32,000 nucleotides of DNA, taken from Parvibaculaceae bacterium. GTDB lineage: Bacteria; Pseudomonadota; Alphaproteobacteria; RS24. This document shows positions 1 through 7,085 of the stretch, piece by piece. The notes under the pieces are model-generated. The model was given only the letters and a program-made list of their open reading frames with translations. It made no database searches and had not been told where the DNA came from. The stretch lies in assembly GCA_965221415.1 (NCBI GenBank), contig OZ244887.1, positions 381,672 through 413,671 on the forward strand, given 5' to 3'. The position numbers were made by a program, and so were the translations under genes. Position 1 is the stretch's first letter, and every line of letters starts with the position of its first letter.

Positions 1-159
1 CATATAGGCGTGTAATTGCAGATAGACACCGTTCATCAGCCGCAATGGTTTGAAGGCATCTTCGGTCAAGTCACCCGAAATACGCCGTTCAACCTGCCCC
101 CGAAACTGCTTTACGCGGTCGGCAACTAGCTTGTGGTCAAACTCATCGTAACGATACAT
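1..159 (-). CDS. cysI: sulfite/nitrite reductase hemoprotein, N-terminal fragment (gene continues past the left edge)
   Basis: Manual reverse-strand translation from the ATG at 159-157 gives MYRYDEFDHKLVADRVKQFRGQVERRISGDLTEDAFKPLRLMNGVYLQLHAYM with no stop before the window edge. I recognise this as the conserved N-terminus of alphaproteobacterial nitrite/sulfite reductase hemoprotein. It is absent from the ORF track because it is truncated. It lies 8 nt downstream of a DUF2849 gene, the usual partner. Confidence 0.75.
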   Translation of the reverse strand, partial: MYRYDEFDHKLVADRVKQFRGQVERRISGDLTEDAFKPLRLMNGVYLQLHAYM

Positions 160-167
160 AGTTGTTC

Positions 168-488
168 CTATCCTTGCGCTTGTTTTCCAAGATCCAACCG
201 CACGGTCGGCCCTTTGGCACGAATAATCTCGCGCACACTGGCGGGCGCATAAGCGCTGCCCTCAGCAAGAACTTCAAACAAATATGGCTCAAGGATATGC
301 GCTTCAAAATTATCTGGCGTGGCACGCGCCAGTAAAGCATCGCCCGCTTCTGACCCATCGGCAATATCGGCGGCGGCAAACGCCTCGACCCACTGATTGT
401 CGGGTGCCAAATAAACCACCTCGCCATCGCTCAACCGATTGGCGGTGACGGCCTGAAACCGTGCCCCTTTGGCGCTGTGTTGTGCCAT
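168..488 (-). CDS. DUF2849 family small protein (sulfite-reductase associated)
   Basis: 106-aa ORF (MAQHSAKGARFQAVTANRLSDGEVVYLAPDNQW...) resembling the DUF2849 proteins found directly upstream of cysI in Alphaproteobacteria. ACGAGGGA Shine-Dalgarno-like sequence ahead of the ATG. Overlapping ORFs 143..427 and 310..543 are Arg/Trp-rich with no recognisable family. Confidence 0.7.
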   Translation of the reverse strand: MAQHSAKGARFQAVTANRLSDGEVVYLAPDNQWVEAFAAADIADGSEAGDALLARATPDNFEAHILEPYLFEVLAEGSAYAPASVREIIRAKGPTVRLDLGKQAQG

Positions 489-502
489 GTTTAATCCCTC
501 GT

Positions 503-547
503 AAGTTAAGGCGGATAATGCCTATTTTTACATTATCCGTCAACTTA
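503..547 (-). promoter_or_regulatory. candidate promoter plus operator for DUF2849-cysI (TTGACG-N17-CATTAT inside an interrupted palindrome)
   Basis: On the minus strand, TTGACG (543-538) is followed by a 17-nt spacer and CATTAT (520-515). Plus-strand arms CGGATAATG (512-520) and CATTATCCG (531-539) are perfect 9-bp inverted repeats separated by 10 nt, flanked by TAAGTT (503-508) and AACTTA (542-547). The -10 lies in one arm and the -35 overlaps the other. Confidence 0.3.
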
Positions 548-583
548 ATGTAAAACTCTATATTTCACGATTTTTAATGTAGA

Positions 584-1351
584 TTAATGCTGGAAGCTAT
601 CGTGCCACCGTCGCAGGACAAGCCATTCAATGAGCGTCAGTGTGTAAAACAACGCAATGCCCAAGAGTGATAATAGAGCGAGGGCGGCAAATAGCGTGGC
701 GATTTCTAGCCGATTGCCTGCCTCCACAATGCGCCATGCGAGGCCTGTGCTATCGCCAGAGCCAGCGACGAATTCAGCAACGACCGCACCGATAAGGGCG
801 AGGCCACCAGAAATCTTTGCCCCCGTCAGCATAGCGGGCAGGGCGGCGGGGAGTTCGAGATAATATAGTTTTTGCCACCAGCGCGCGCCTGACAGCGTCA
901 TTAAATCGAGCAATTGCGGGTCGATACTGCGCAAGCCTTGCACGCTATTCGTCAGCATGGGAAAGAACGCGACCATCCATGCGATGATGATCAATGCGCG
1001 TTCGATATTGTCAAAGCCGACCCAGATAAGAATCAGCGGCGCGATGGCCACCACCGGCGTGACTTGCAGTGACACGACATAAGGATAAAACGCCATTTCG
1101 ATAATGCGCGCGCGGGTAAACAAGATAGCCAGTCCGACGCCGCTGACAATCGCCCAGAAAAACGCAAGGGCGGTGACTTTTACAGTCGCCCAGAGCGAAC
1201 CCATCAGGGTTGCAAAATTATCGATAAGCGCGGCACCAATCGCAGAAGGCGACGGCAGCACAAATATCGGTACATTGGCGCTCGTGACCCAAACCTCCCA
1301 CAAAACAAGCAGGGCGATACCGACTAAAAATGGTAGGAAATAGCGCATCAT
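584..1351 (-). CDS. ABC transporter permease, NitT/TauT (nitrate/sulfonate/taurine) family
   Basis: 255 aa and strongly hydrophobic with multiple predicted TM helices. The general layout matches SsuC/TauC-like permeases. ATGA start/stop overlap with the upstream ATPase gene. Confidence 0.9.
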   Translation of the reverse strand: MMRYFLPFLVGIALLVLWEVWVTSANVPIFVLPSPSAIGAALIDNFATLMGSLWATVKVTALAFFWAIVSGVGLAILFTRARIIEMAFYPYVVSLQVTPVVAIAPLILIWVGFDNIERALIIIAWMVAFFPMLTNSVQGLRSIDPQLLDLMTLSGARWWQKLYYLELPAALPAMLTGAKISGGLALIGAVVAEFVAGSGDSTGLAWRIVEAGNRLEIATLFAALALLSLLGIALFYTLTLIEWLVLRRWHDSFQH

Positions 1352-2082
1352 ACGGCCTCGCTATCGTCTAAAGCGGCGTTGATGGCAGCGCAGGCGGCAT
1401 GGAATTCGGGTGCCGTGCGGAAATCTGCGGTGCGTGTTTTTTGCTTGATGGCAATTTCAGTTTTGATGCGCCCTGTTTCCATCACGAGCGCGCGCTCGGC
1501 GAGATAGGCCGCCTCGGTGATGCTGTGGGTGACAAAAATGACAGTGCATTTTTGTTGCTGCCAAATGGCGCGCAAGTCATCATCAAGGCGAAAGCGGGTC
1601 AATTCATCGAGCGCTGCGAATGGCTCATCCATCAGCAAAACGGGAGGACGCTTGACCAATGCGCGCGCTAATGAAACGCGCATCTTCATGCCGCCCGATA
1701 ATTCATGCGGCAAAGCATCCGCGCGCCCGCTTAACCCAACAAGGGCTAAAGCTGCATCGGTGCGGGCGGCAATCTCATCTCTTTCAAGGCCAGCGATGCG
1801 CATGGGTAGGGCGGTATTTTCATACACTGAACGCCACGCGAGCAGCGCAGGTTCTTGAAACACAAAGCCGATATCATTTTGCGCCACAGTTTCAAGCTGG
1901 CCTTTATCGGCCACCAAAAGCCGCGCCAACAGCCGTAGGAGACTCGACTTGCCGCATCCTGAAGGGCCGACCAAAGCGGTAAAACTGCCCGCTTCAAAGC
2001 GGGCGGATACATCGTATAGGGCTTTGTGGCCACTATCATAGGTCAGGCTGACATCCGAAAGAGAGAGGGCGGGGGGCGTCAT
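1348..2082 (-). CDS. ABC transporter ATP-binding protein, NitT/TauT family
   Basis: Walker A GPSGCGKSS, ABC signature LSGGMKMRVSLARAL, Walker B LLMDEPFAALD, H-loop VTHS. The start is placed at the internal Met (MTPPALSL...) at 2082 because it forms a TAATG overlap with the stop of the upstream binding-protein gene. The track ORF extends to 2133. Confidence 0.9.
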   Translation of the reverse strand: MTPPALSLSDVSLTYDSGHKALYDVSARFEAGSFTALVGPSGCGKSSLLRLLARLLVADKGQLETVAQNDIGFVFQEPALLAWRSVYENTALPMRIAGLERDEIAARTDAALALVGLSGRADALPHELSGGMKMRVSLARALVKRPPVLLMDEPFAALDELTRFRLDDDLRAIWQQQKCTVIFVTHSITEAAYLAERALVMETGRIKTEIAIKQKTRTADFRTAPEFHAACAAINAALDDSEAV

Positions 2083-3083
2083 TATTGCGCCGCGTCCTGA
2101 TGCGTAAACTGGGTGGTGAATGCCGTGCGCCAATTCAACGAGCTTGGATAAACCCCGTTTTGCGCCATGGTGGCGAAGAAAGAGTGCCAGCGTTGCGCAC
2201 TCATCGCGCCCATGCCATGCGCTTCCGTCTCGGCTGAAACGAGCATGCCGCGTGTGCGGATTTGCTCAATCGCTTGGTCGATAATATCTTGGGTCATGTC
2301 GGGGTTGGTTTCCAAAATAAGCAGATTGCCGGGTGTCGGGTCGCTGTAAATATAGCTGCGCCAGCCCTCAAGCGACGCGTTGACGAAGGCTTGCACGATT
2401 TCTGGACGTTGCTCAATCATTTTGTTTTGCGCCAGCACCATGGCGGCATAGCTTGGGTAGCCATAATCTGACAGCAGGAAGATTTTTGGCGCAAAGCCGC
2501 CGCGTGTCTCGATAGTGTATGGTTCAGAGGTGACATAGCCCTGCTGGATGGCTTGCTCGTCGATTAAAAACGGTGCCAAATTAAACGTATATTTACGGAT
2601 TTGGCGGTCGGAGAAATCATATTTAGCTTTCAGCCAAACCCAGAACGCGCTCACGGAGGCATCGGCTAGCATGACGGGTTTTCCTTTAATATCGGCGAGG
2701 CTCTGAATGTCATCGCGCGGATGGGTAATAAGCACTTGCGGGTCTTTTTGAAACGCCGCCATGACGGCAGTGGCAGGCACACCAGCTTTGACAATGTTAA
2801 GCGGAATAAAACTATTCGACCCCATGCCAAAATCAATCGCGCCCGCGCCCAGTAATTGCGGGATGTTAATGCCGGGCCCGCCGCCACGAATGGTGACATC
2901 AAGGCCGGCATTTTTATACAAGCCCAATGCCTTTGCCTGATAAAACCCGCCTTGTTCGGCTTGCGCTTTCCAGTCAGTGGCAAACACCACAGGCTCTAAA
3001 GCGTGCGTCGGGGTTGCAATGCACAAACCCAATATGGCCAGAACACATAAATGTTTAGCAATCATGGTCACGCGATGCGACAT
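2082..3083 (-). CDS. ABC transporter periplasmic substrate-binding protein (NMT1/THI5-like, SsuA/TauA-type fold)
   Basis: 333 aa with an N-terminal signal peptide (MIAKHLCVLAILGLCIATPTHA). The body resembles NitT/TauT-family binding proteins. It is first in a three-gene transporter operon, and the substrate cannot be assigned from sequence. Confidence 0.85.
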   Translation of the reverse strand: MSHRVTMIAKHLCVLAILGLCIATPTHALEPVVFATDWKAQAEQGGFYQAKALGLYKNAGLDVTIRGGGPGINIPQLLGAGAIDFGMGSNSFIPLNIVKAGVPATAVMAAFQKDPQVLITHPRDDIQSLADIKGKPVMLADASVSAFWVWLKAKYDFSDRQIRKYTFNLAPFLIDEQAIQQGYVTSEPYTIETRGGFAPKIFLLSDYGYPSYAAMVLAQNKMIEQRPEIVQAFVNASLEGWRSYIYSDPTPGNLLILETNPDMTQDIIDQAIEQIRTRGMLVSAETEAHGMGAMSAQRWHSFFATMAQNGVYPSSLNWRTAFTTQFTHQDAAQ

Positions 3084-3160
3084 AGTCTATATTCCCCCAT
3101 ACCCTGCTTCCCGTGTAAAACTGACAGACAGGGTGGTACTCGTCAATATAGGGGCGCGAT

Positions 3161-3610
3161 ATGGTTCAAAAACCGTTCTGGCAAACCACAGCTCTGGCCG
3201 ATATGAACGCCGACCAATGGGAGGCCATCTGCGATGGCTGCGCTAAATGCTGTCTCGTTAAATTGCATGATGAAGAAACTGGCGACATCACGTTTACCAA
3301 TTTGGCGTGTTGCTTACTGGATACGCAAAGCTGTCGCTGCACAGATTACGCACGGCGCACCGAGATTGTGCCCGATTGCGTAAAGCTCAGTAAAGACAAT
3401 CTCGATAATATTGATTTCATGCCGCCAAGCTGTGCGTATCGCTTGCTGAATGAAGGCAAGCCTCTGCCGCTTTGGCATCCGCTGGTTTCTGGCACACGCG
3501 ATAGTGTCGCGGCGGCGGGCATGTCGGCCAAGGGACGGATTATCTCAGAAAACGATGCGGATGATGATATCGAAGCGCATGTTGTCGACTGGCCGATGGA
3601 TAAAATTTAG
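3161..3610 (+). CDS. ycgN: YcgN/UPF0260 family cysteine-cluster protein
   Basis: 149 aa with the characteristic Cys pattern CDGCAKCC ... CCLLDTQSCRCTDY and the C-terminal WHPLVSG region typical of YcgN-like proteins. Confidence 0.8.
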   Translation: MVQKPFWQTTALADMNADQWEAICDGCAKCCLVKLHDEETGDITFTNLACCLLDTQSCRCTDYARRTEIVPDCVKLSKDNLDNIDFMPPSCAYRLLNEGKPLPLWHPLVSGTRDSVAAAGMSAKGRIISENDADDDIEAHVVDWPMDKI

Positions 3611-3641
3611 ATAAAATACGCATTTTTATGCTTTTTTTATC
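3610..3641 (+). terminator. weak candidate intrinsic terminator after ycgN
   Basis: GATAAAA (3610-3616) pairs with TTTTATC (3635-3641). Inner stem GCAT (3620-3623) pairs with ATGC (3628-3631) across a TTTT loop, followed by a T7 run (3632-3638). The stem is AT-rich and short, so support is weak. Confidence 0.3.
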
Positions 3642-3698
3642 TTGTGCCAAGCTATTGATTCATCGTGCATTTCCGAATCTTGTCCCCGCGCTTTTTCT

Positions 3699-3758
3699 TT
3701 AACCTACTGAATTAATTGAAAAATATTATTGACAACCGCCCCGCTTGTTTGATAGGTT
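3699..3758 (+). promoter_or_regulatory. candidate GTA operon promoter (TTGACA-N18-TAGGTT with TGn extended -10) and upstream TTAACC half-site
   Basis: Consensus -35 TTGACA at 3729-3734 and TG at 3750-3751, then TAGGTT at 3753-3758 (extended -10 form TGnTAnnnT). It sits 35-60 nt upstream of the possible g1 starts. TTAACCTA at 3699-3706 resembles the CtrA half-site TTAACCAT. An 8-bp palindrome AATTAATT lies at 3710-3717. Confidence 0.3.
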
Positions 3759-3792
3759 TATGCCATAACACGAAAAGGCTAATCTATCTGGG

Positions 3793-4131
3793 TTGGCTTT
3801 CGTTTTCTCAAATGACATGAAGATGGTAGCGCCAAATAATCGATTGCAGCTGATGCAGGAAACCTTGCTCGCGGATATCGAAAATATGCAGGCGCGTCTG
3901 CCAGCCAATGTTGAGGATGTGTCAGAGGCGTTTGAACGTTATGCGCGTATCATCAATATGCTGGCGCGTGCGCTGAATGTCATGAGCCAGCTGCAACAAC
4001 AAACTGATAAGAACTGGACAGAAAAAGCTGACCCGCAAAACCGGCAGGCGCTCGTCGCCGATATTGAACAAAAATTGGCACGGTTGGCGCAAAGCGAGTC
4101 TTCGCCAGCGTCTTCTGACAAAGCTGAGTGA
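3793..4131 (+). CDS. GTA g1-like protein (putative small terminase)
   Basis: Small, predicted-helical ORF directly upstream of and overlapping TerL, matching the position and size of RcGTA g1. The track start at 3793 is TTG. The first ATGs are at 3817 and 3823, so the start is uncertain. Confidence 0.6.
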   Translation: MAFVFSNDMKMVAPNNRLQLMQETLLADIENMQARLPANVEDVSEAFERYARIINMLARALNVMSQLQQQTDKNWTEKADPQNRQALVADIEQKLARLAQSESSPASSDKAE

Positions 4132-5359
4132 TGCTGAAATTGCGGCGCTATATTGGCATTGGGATTTTTGGGCGCGAGCCGACCAATTACCGCCTTTAGG
4201 TCATTGGACGACATGGATGATGCTCGGCGGACGCGGCGCGGGCAAAACTCGTGCTGGTGCGGAATGGGTGCGTGGTCGTGTAGAAAGCGCGCAACATGGA
4301 GCGCGCCGCATCGCGCTGGTCGGTGAGACCTATGGCGCGGCGCGGGCTGTGATGGTTGAAGGCCCGTCTGGATTGCTAGCTATTTCGCCGCCTGATTGGA
4401 GACCGAAATTCTTTCCCAGTCGCAATCTGCTTATCTGGCCGAACGGGGCGGAAGCAACCTTGTTTTCTGCGGAGCGTCCCGAAGCATTGCGCGGGCCTCA
4501 ATTTGACGCGGCATGGTGCGATGAATTGGCCAAGTGGCGCTACGATGAAGACACTTGGGATATGCTGCAATTTGGTCTTCGACTGGGGCAGCATCCGCAG
4601 CAAGTGGTGACCACAACACCGCGCCCGACACGGCTCGTAAAACGCTTGCTTGGCGACCCTGCTTGTATCGTGACGCGGGCGGCGACGATGGATAATCAGG
4701 CTAATTTAGCGCCGGGTTTTATCGAGCATGTGGTCGGGCGGTATGTCGGGACGCAGCTTGGTCGTCAAGAATTGGACGGCGATGTCATAGACGACACGCC
4801 CGGCGCATTATGGACGCGCGACTTGCTCGACCGTCAACGCCAAAACGCGTCGGCGAAATTGGTAGAGGTCATTGTGGCACTCGACCCGCCCGCGAGTACG
4901 GGTCCGAAAGCTGATGCGTGCGGCATTATTGTTATTGGTCGCGGCGATGATGGCATGGCTTATGTGATTGACGACCGTTCGGTGCAAGGCGCAACGCCAA
5001 GCGCGTGGTCGGCGGTGGCACGCGAGGCCTATCGGGAGCATCAGGCGAGCGCGCTGATTGGCGAAGTCAATCAAGGGGGCGAATTGGTGCGCGAAATCGT
5101 GCTGCGCGATGCGCCAGATATTGTGTTTCAGCCCGTGCGGGCTGTTGTTGGTAAATTGCTGCGGGCTGAACCCGTCGCGGCGCTTTATGAGCGCGGACGC
5201 GTGTTTCATGTCGGCAATTTCGATTTATTGGAAGATGAAATGTGCCGCTATGTCGGCCATGGAAAAAGTCCAGACCGATTAGATGCGTTGGTCTGGGGGG
5301 TGAGCTGGTTGCTTTTGCGACCAAACCCCAAGGCACCACCGCGGCTACGCCGCTTATAA
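4064..5359 (+). CDS. GTA terminase large subunit (g2)
   Basis: 431 aa with the Walker A-like P-loop LGGRGAGKTRAGAEWV and the N-terminal WDFWARADQLPP motif typical of GTA/phage TerL. The ATG at 4064 overlaps g1 by 68 nt. No in-frame ATG lies downstream before the conserved region. Confidence 0.92.
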   Translation: MNKNWHGWRKASLRQRLLTKLSDAEIAALYWHWDFWARADQLPPLGHWTTWMMLGGRGAGKTRAGAEWVRGRVESAQHGARRIALVGETYGAARAVMVEGPSGLLAISPPDWRPKFFPSRNLLIWPNGAEATLFSAERPEALRGPQFDAAWCDELAKWRYDEDTWDMLQFGLRLGQHPQQVVTTTPRPTRLVKRLLGDPACIVTRAATMDNQANLAPGFIEHVVGRYVGTQLGRQELDGDVIDDTPGALWTRDLLDRQRQNASAKLVEVIVALDPPASTGPKADACGIIVIGRGDDGMAYVIDDRSVQGATPSAWSAVAREAYREHQASALIGEVNQGGELVREIVLRDAPDIVFQPVRAVVGKLLRAEPVAALYERGRVFHVGNFDLLEDEMCRYVGHGKSPDRLDALVWGVSWLLLRPNPKAPPRLRRL

Positions 5360-5379
5360 TAATTTAACGAGGAGACGCT

Positions 5380-6558
5380 ATGTCGATTCTTGAACAGGTA
5401 ACCACGCGTTTGCGTCGTGCCAAGCCGCAGGCTGCGGAAAGGCGCAATTTACAAAGCCCCTATGGCGCGCAAAAAATGCAGCAAACCGAAATAGCCAGCT
5501 GGGCGCAAGGCCATACCAGCAGAGATTTTCACCATAATCCGGTGGTCTATCGGTGCGTGCGCATGATTGCTGAGGCGTGCGCGTCTATTCCATTGGGCGT
5601 GCGCGATGGCGATGTTGATTGCAAAGTGCATCCTCTGCTCAATGTGTTGGCACGGCCTAATCATTTACAAAGCGGGGTTGAGTTACGCGACACGCTGGTG
5701 ACCCATTTACTATTGCACGGCAATGCGTATCTGGAGCGCGTCAATGATGAGGGGGATGAAAATCAAATCAATTCGCTTTATTTATTGCGCCCCGACCGCG
5801 TGCGTATTATTTGCGACGCGCATGGCTGGCCGAGCCATTATGAATACCAGACTTCGGGTCAGAGAATTCGCCATGATGCGACCCAAAAGCCGTGCGCGAT
5901 TGTGCATTTACGGCTCACCGACCCGCAAGATGACCATTATGGCGTAAGCCCGCTCAAGGCGGCATCGCTGGCGATTAGTATTCACGGTGCGGCAAATAAT
6001 TGGAATAAATCTTTATTCGATAATGCGGCGCGACCATCGGGCGCGTTGGTTTATCGTGGCACGGACGGTCAGCGGCTCACCGATACGCAATTCGATAGGT
6101 TGAAGAAAGAGCTGCAGGAAAACTTCCAAGGCACGCGCAATGCTGGCCGACCGCTATTGCTTGAGGGCGGGCTTGATTGGTCGAGTATCTCGATGAGTCC
6201 GCAGGATATGGATTTCATCGCGGCCAAGCACAGTGCCGCGCGCGACATTGCACTGGTCTTTGGTGTGCCACCAATGCTGTTGGGAATCCCCGGCGACAAT
6301 AGCTATGCCAATTATGCCGAGGCCAATCGGGCGTTTTGGCGACAAACGGTTTTGCCTTTGAACCAGCGTATTATGACGGCGTTGGAGGGTCATTTATGCG
6401 ACGCGCCTGAATTGAGTTTGGTTCAATCCCTCGACACTGTATCGGCATTGGCTGAAGAGCGCCGCACTTTGTGGAAGCGCATTGATGGGGCGAATTTCCT
6501 GACGCAAGACGAAAAGCGCGCATTGGTTGGCTATGCACCGATGGGGGATGTCACATGA
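5380..6558 (+). CDS. GTA portal protein (g3, HK97-family portal)
   Basis: 392 aa with a GAGGAG RBS upstream of the ATG. The conserved block PPMLLGIPGDNSYANYAEANRAFWRQTVLPL and its position after TerL support the call. Confidence 0.92.
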   Translation: MSILEQVTTRLRRAKPQAAERRNLQSPYGAQKMQQTEIASWAQGHTSRDFHHNPVVYRCVRMIAEACASIPLGVRDGDVDCKVHPLLNVLARPNHLQSGVELRDTLVTHLLLHGNAYLERVNDEGDENQINSLYLLRPDRVRIICDAHGWPSHYEYQTSGQRIRHDATQKPCAIVHLRLTDPQDDHYGVSPLKAASLAISIHGAANNWNKSLFDNAARPSGALVYRGTDGQRLTDTQFDRLKKELQENFQGTRNAGRPLLLEGGLDWSSISMSPQDMDFIAAKHSAARDIALVFGVPPMLLGIPGDNSYANYAEANRAFWRQTVLPLNQRIMTALEGHLCDAPELSLVQSLDTVSALAEERRTLWKRIDGANFLTQDEKRALVGYAPMGDVT

Positions 6559-7085
6559 TGGATGTTACCAAACCGCGTAAGATTTTTGGTTATGCGAGCG
6601 TTTTTGCAAGCCCTGATTTGGCGGGCGATGAAATTGCGCATGGTGCCTTTGCGACTTCTCTGGCGAAGCATACCGAGGCGCACACGCCGCCATTGGCGAT
6701 GCTGTACCAACACGATACGACGCGCCCGATTGGGCGGTGGACGGCTTTGCGCGAAACGCGACGCGGTCTTTGGGTTGAAGGCGAGTTGGTGGCTGGTGTG
6801 CAATTGGCTGAAGAAGTCGGTGCGCTGGTGCAGCAAGGTGCTTTGCACGGCTTATCGATTGGTTTTCGGCCTGTTAAAGCGACCGCAGGACGTGGCCGCG
6901 TGAAACGCCGTTTGCATATAATTGATTTGGTCGAGATTTCTATCGTCACATTTCCGATGCAACCGCTTGCCCGATTATATACCAGCGCGGATGGCGCTGA
7001 GACTGACACTGTAAAGAACCAAAACGATATCACCCACTCCTTGGCAAAAGCTAGATTTAGGCTTAGCCGCACGGCGCTTTCATGA
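6555..7085 (+). CDS. GTA prohead protease (g4, HK97/S78 family)
   Basis: 176 aa with MLYQHD (catalytic His region) and GLSIGF (catalytic Ser region) motifs characteristic of HK97-type prohead proteases. ATGA overlap with the portal gene. Confidence 0.9.
   Translation: MMDVTKPRKIFGYASVFASPDLAGDEIAHGAFATSLAKHTEAHTPPLAMLYQHDTTRPIGRWTALRETRRGLWVEGELVAGVQLAEEVGALVQQGALHGLSIGFRPVKATAGRGRVKRRLHIIDLVEISIVTFPMQPLARLYTSADGAETDTVKNQNDITHSLAKARFRLSRTALS

Noticed and set aside
143-543. ORFs 143..427 (-) and 310..543 (-) overlapping the DUF2849 gene.
   Set aside because: They are alternative frames of the same region with Arg/Trp/Gly-rich, motif-free products. The DUF2849 frame has a recognisable family, an RBS and a sensible junction with cysI.
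3084-3160. Possible TPP riboswitch upstream of the NMT1/THI5-like binding protein gene.
   Set aside because: The leader is at most 77 nt and shared with the divergent ycgN promoter. On the minus strand it lacks the conserved CUGAGA and ACCUGA-type TPP aptamer elements.
3657-3679. Two GANTC (CcrM methylation) sites, GATTC at 3657-3661 and GAATC at 3675-3679, upstream of the GTA promoter.
   Set aside because: About 0.7 sites are expected by chance in 182 bp (one per 256 bp for this palindromic motif). Two is therefore not meaningfully enriched without genome-wide statistics.
3699-3715. Full CtrA box (TTAA-N7-TTAA) in the GTA upstream region.
   Set aside because: The two TTAA elements are separated by 9 nt, not 7. 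Only a half-site-like TTAACCTA remains, so it is reported as a weak candidate rather than a CtrA box.
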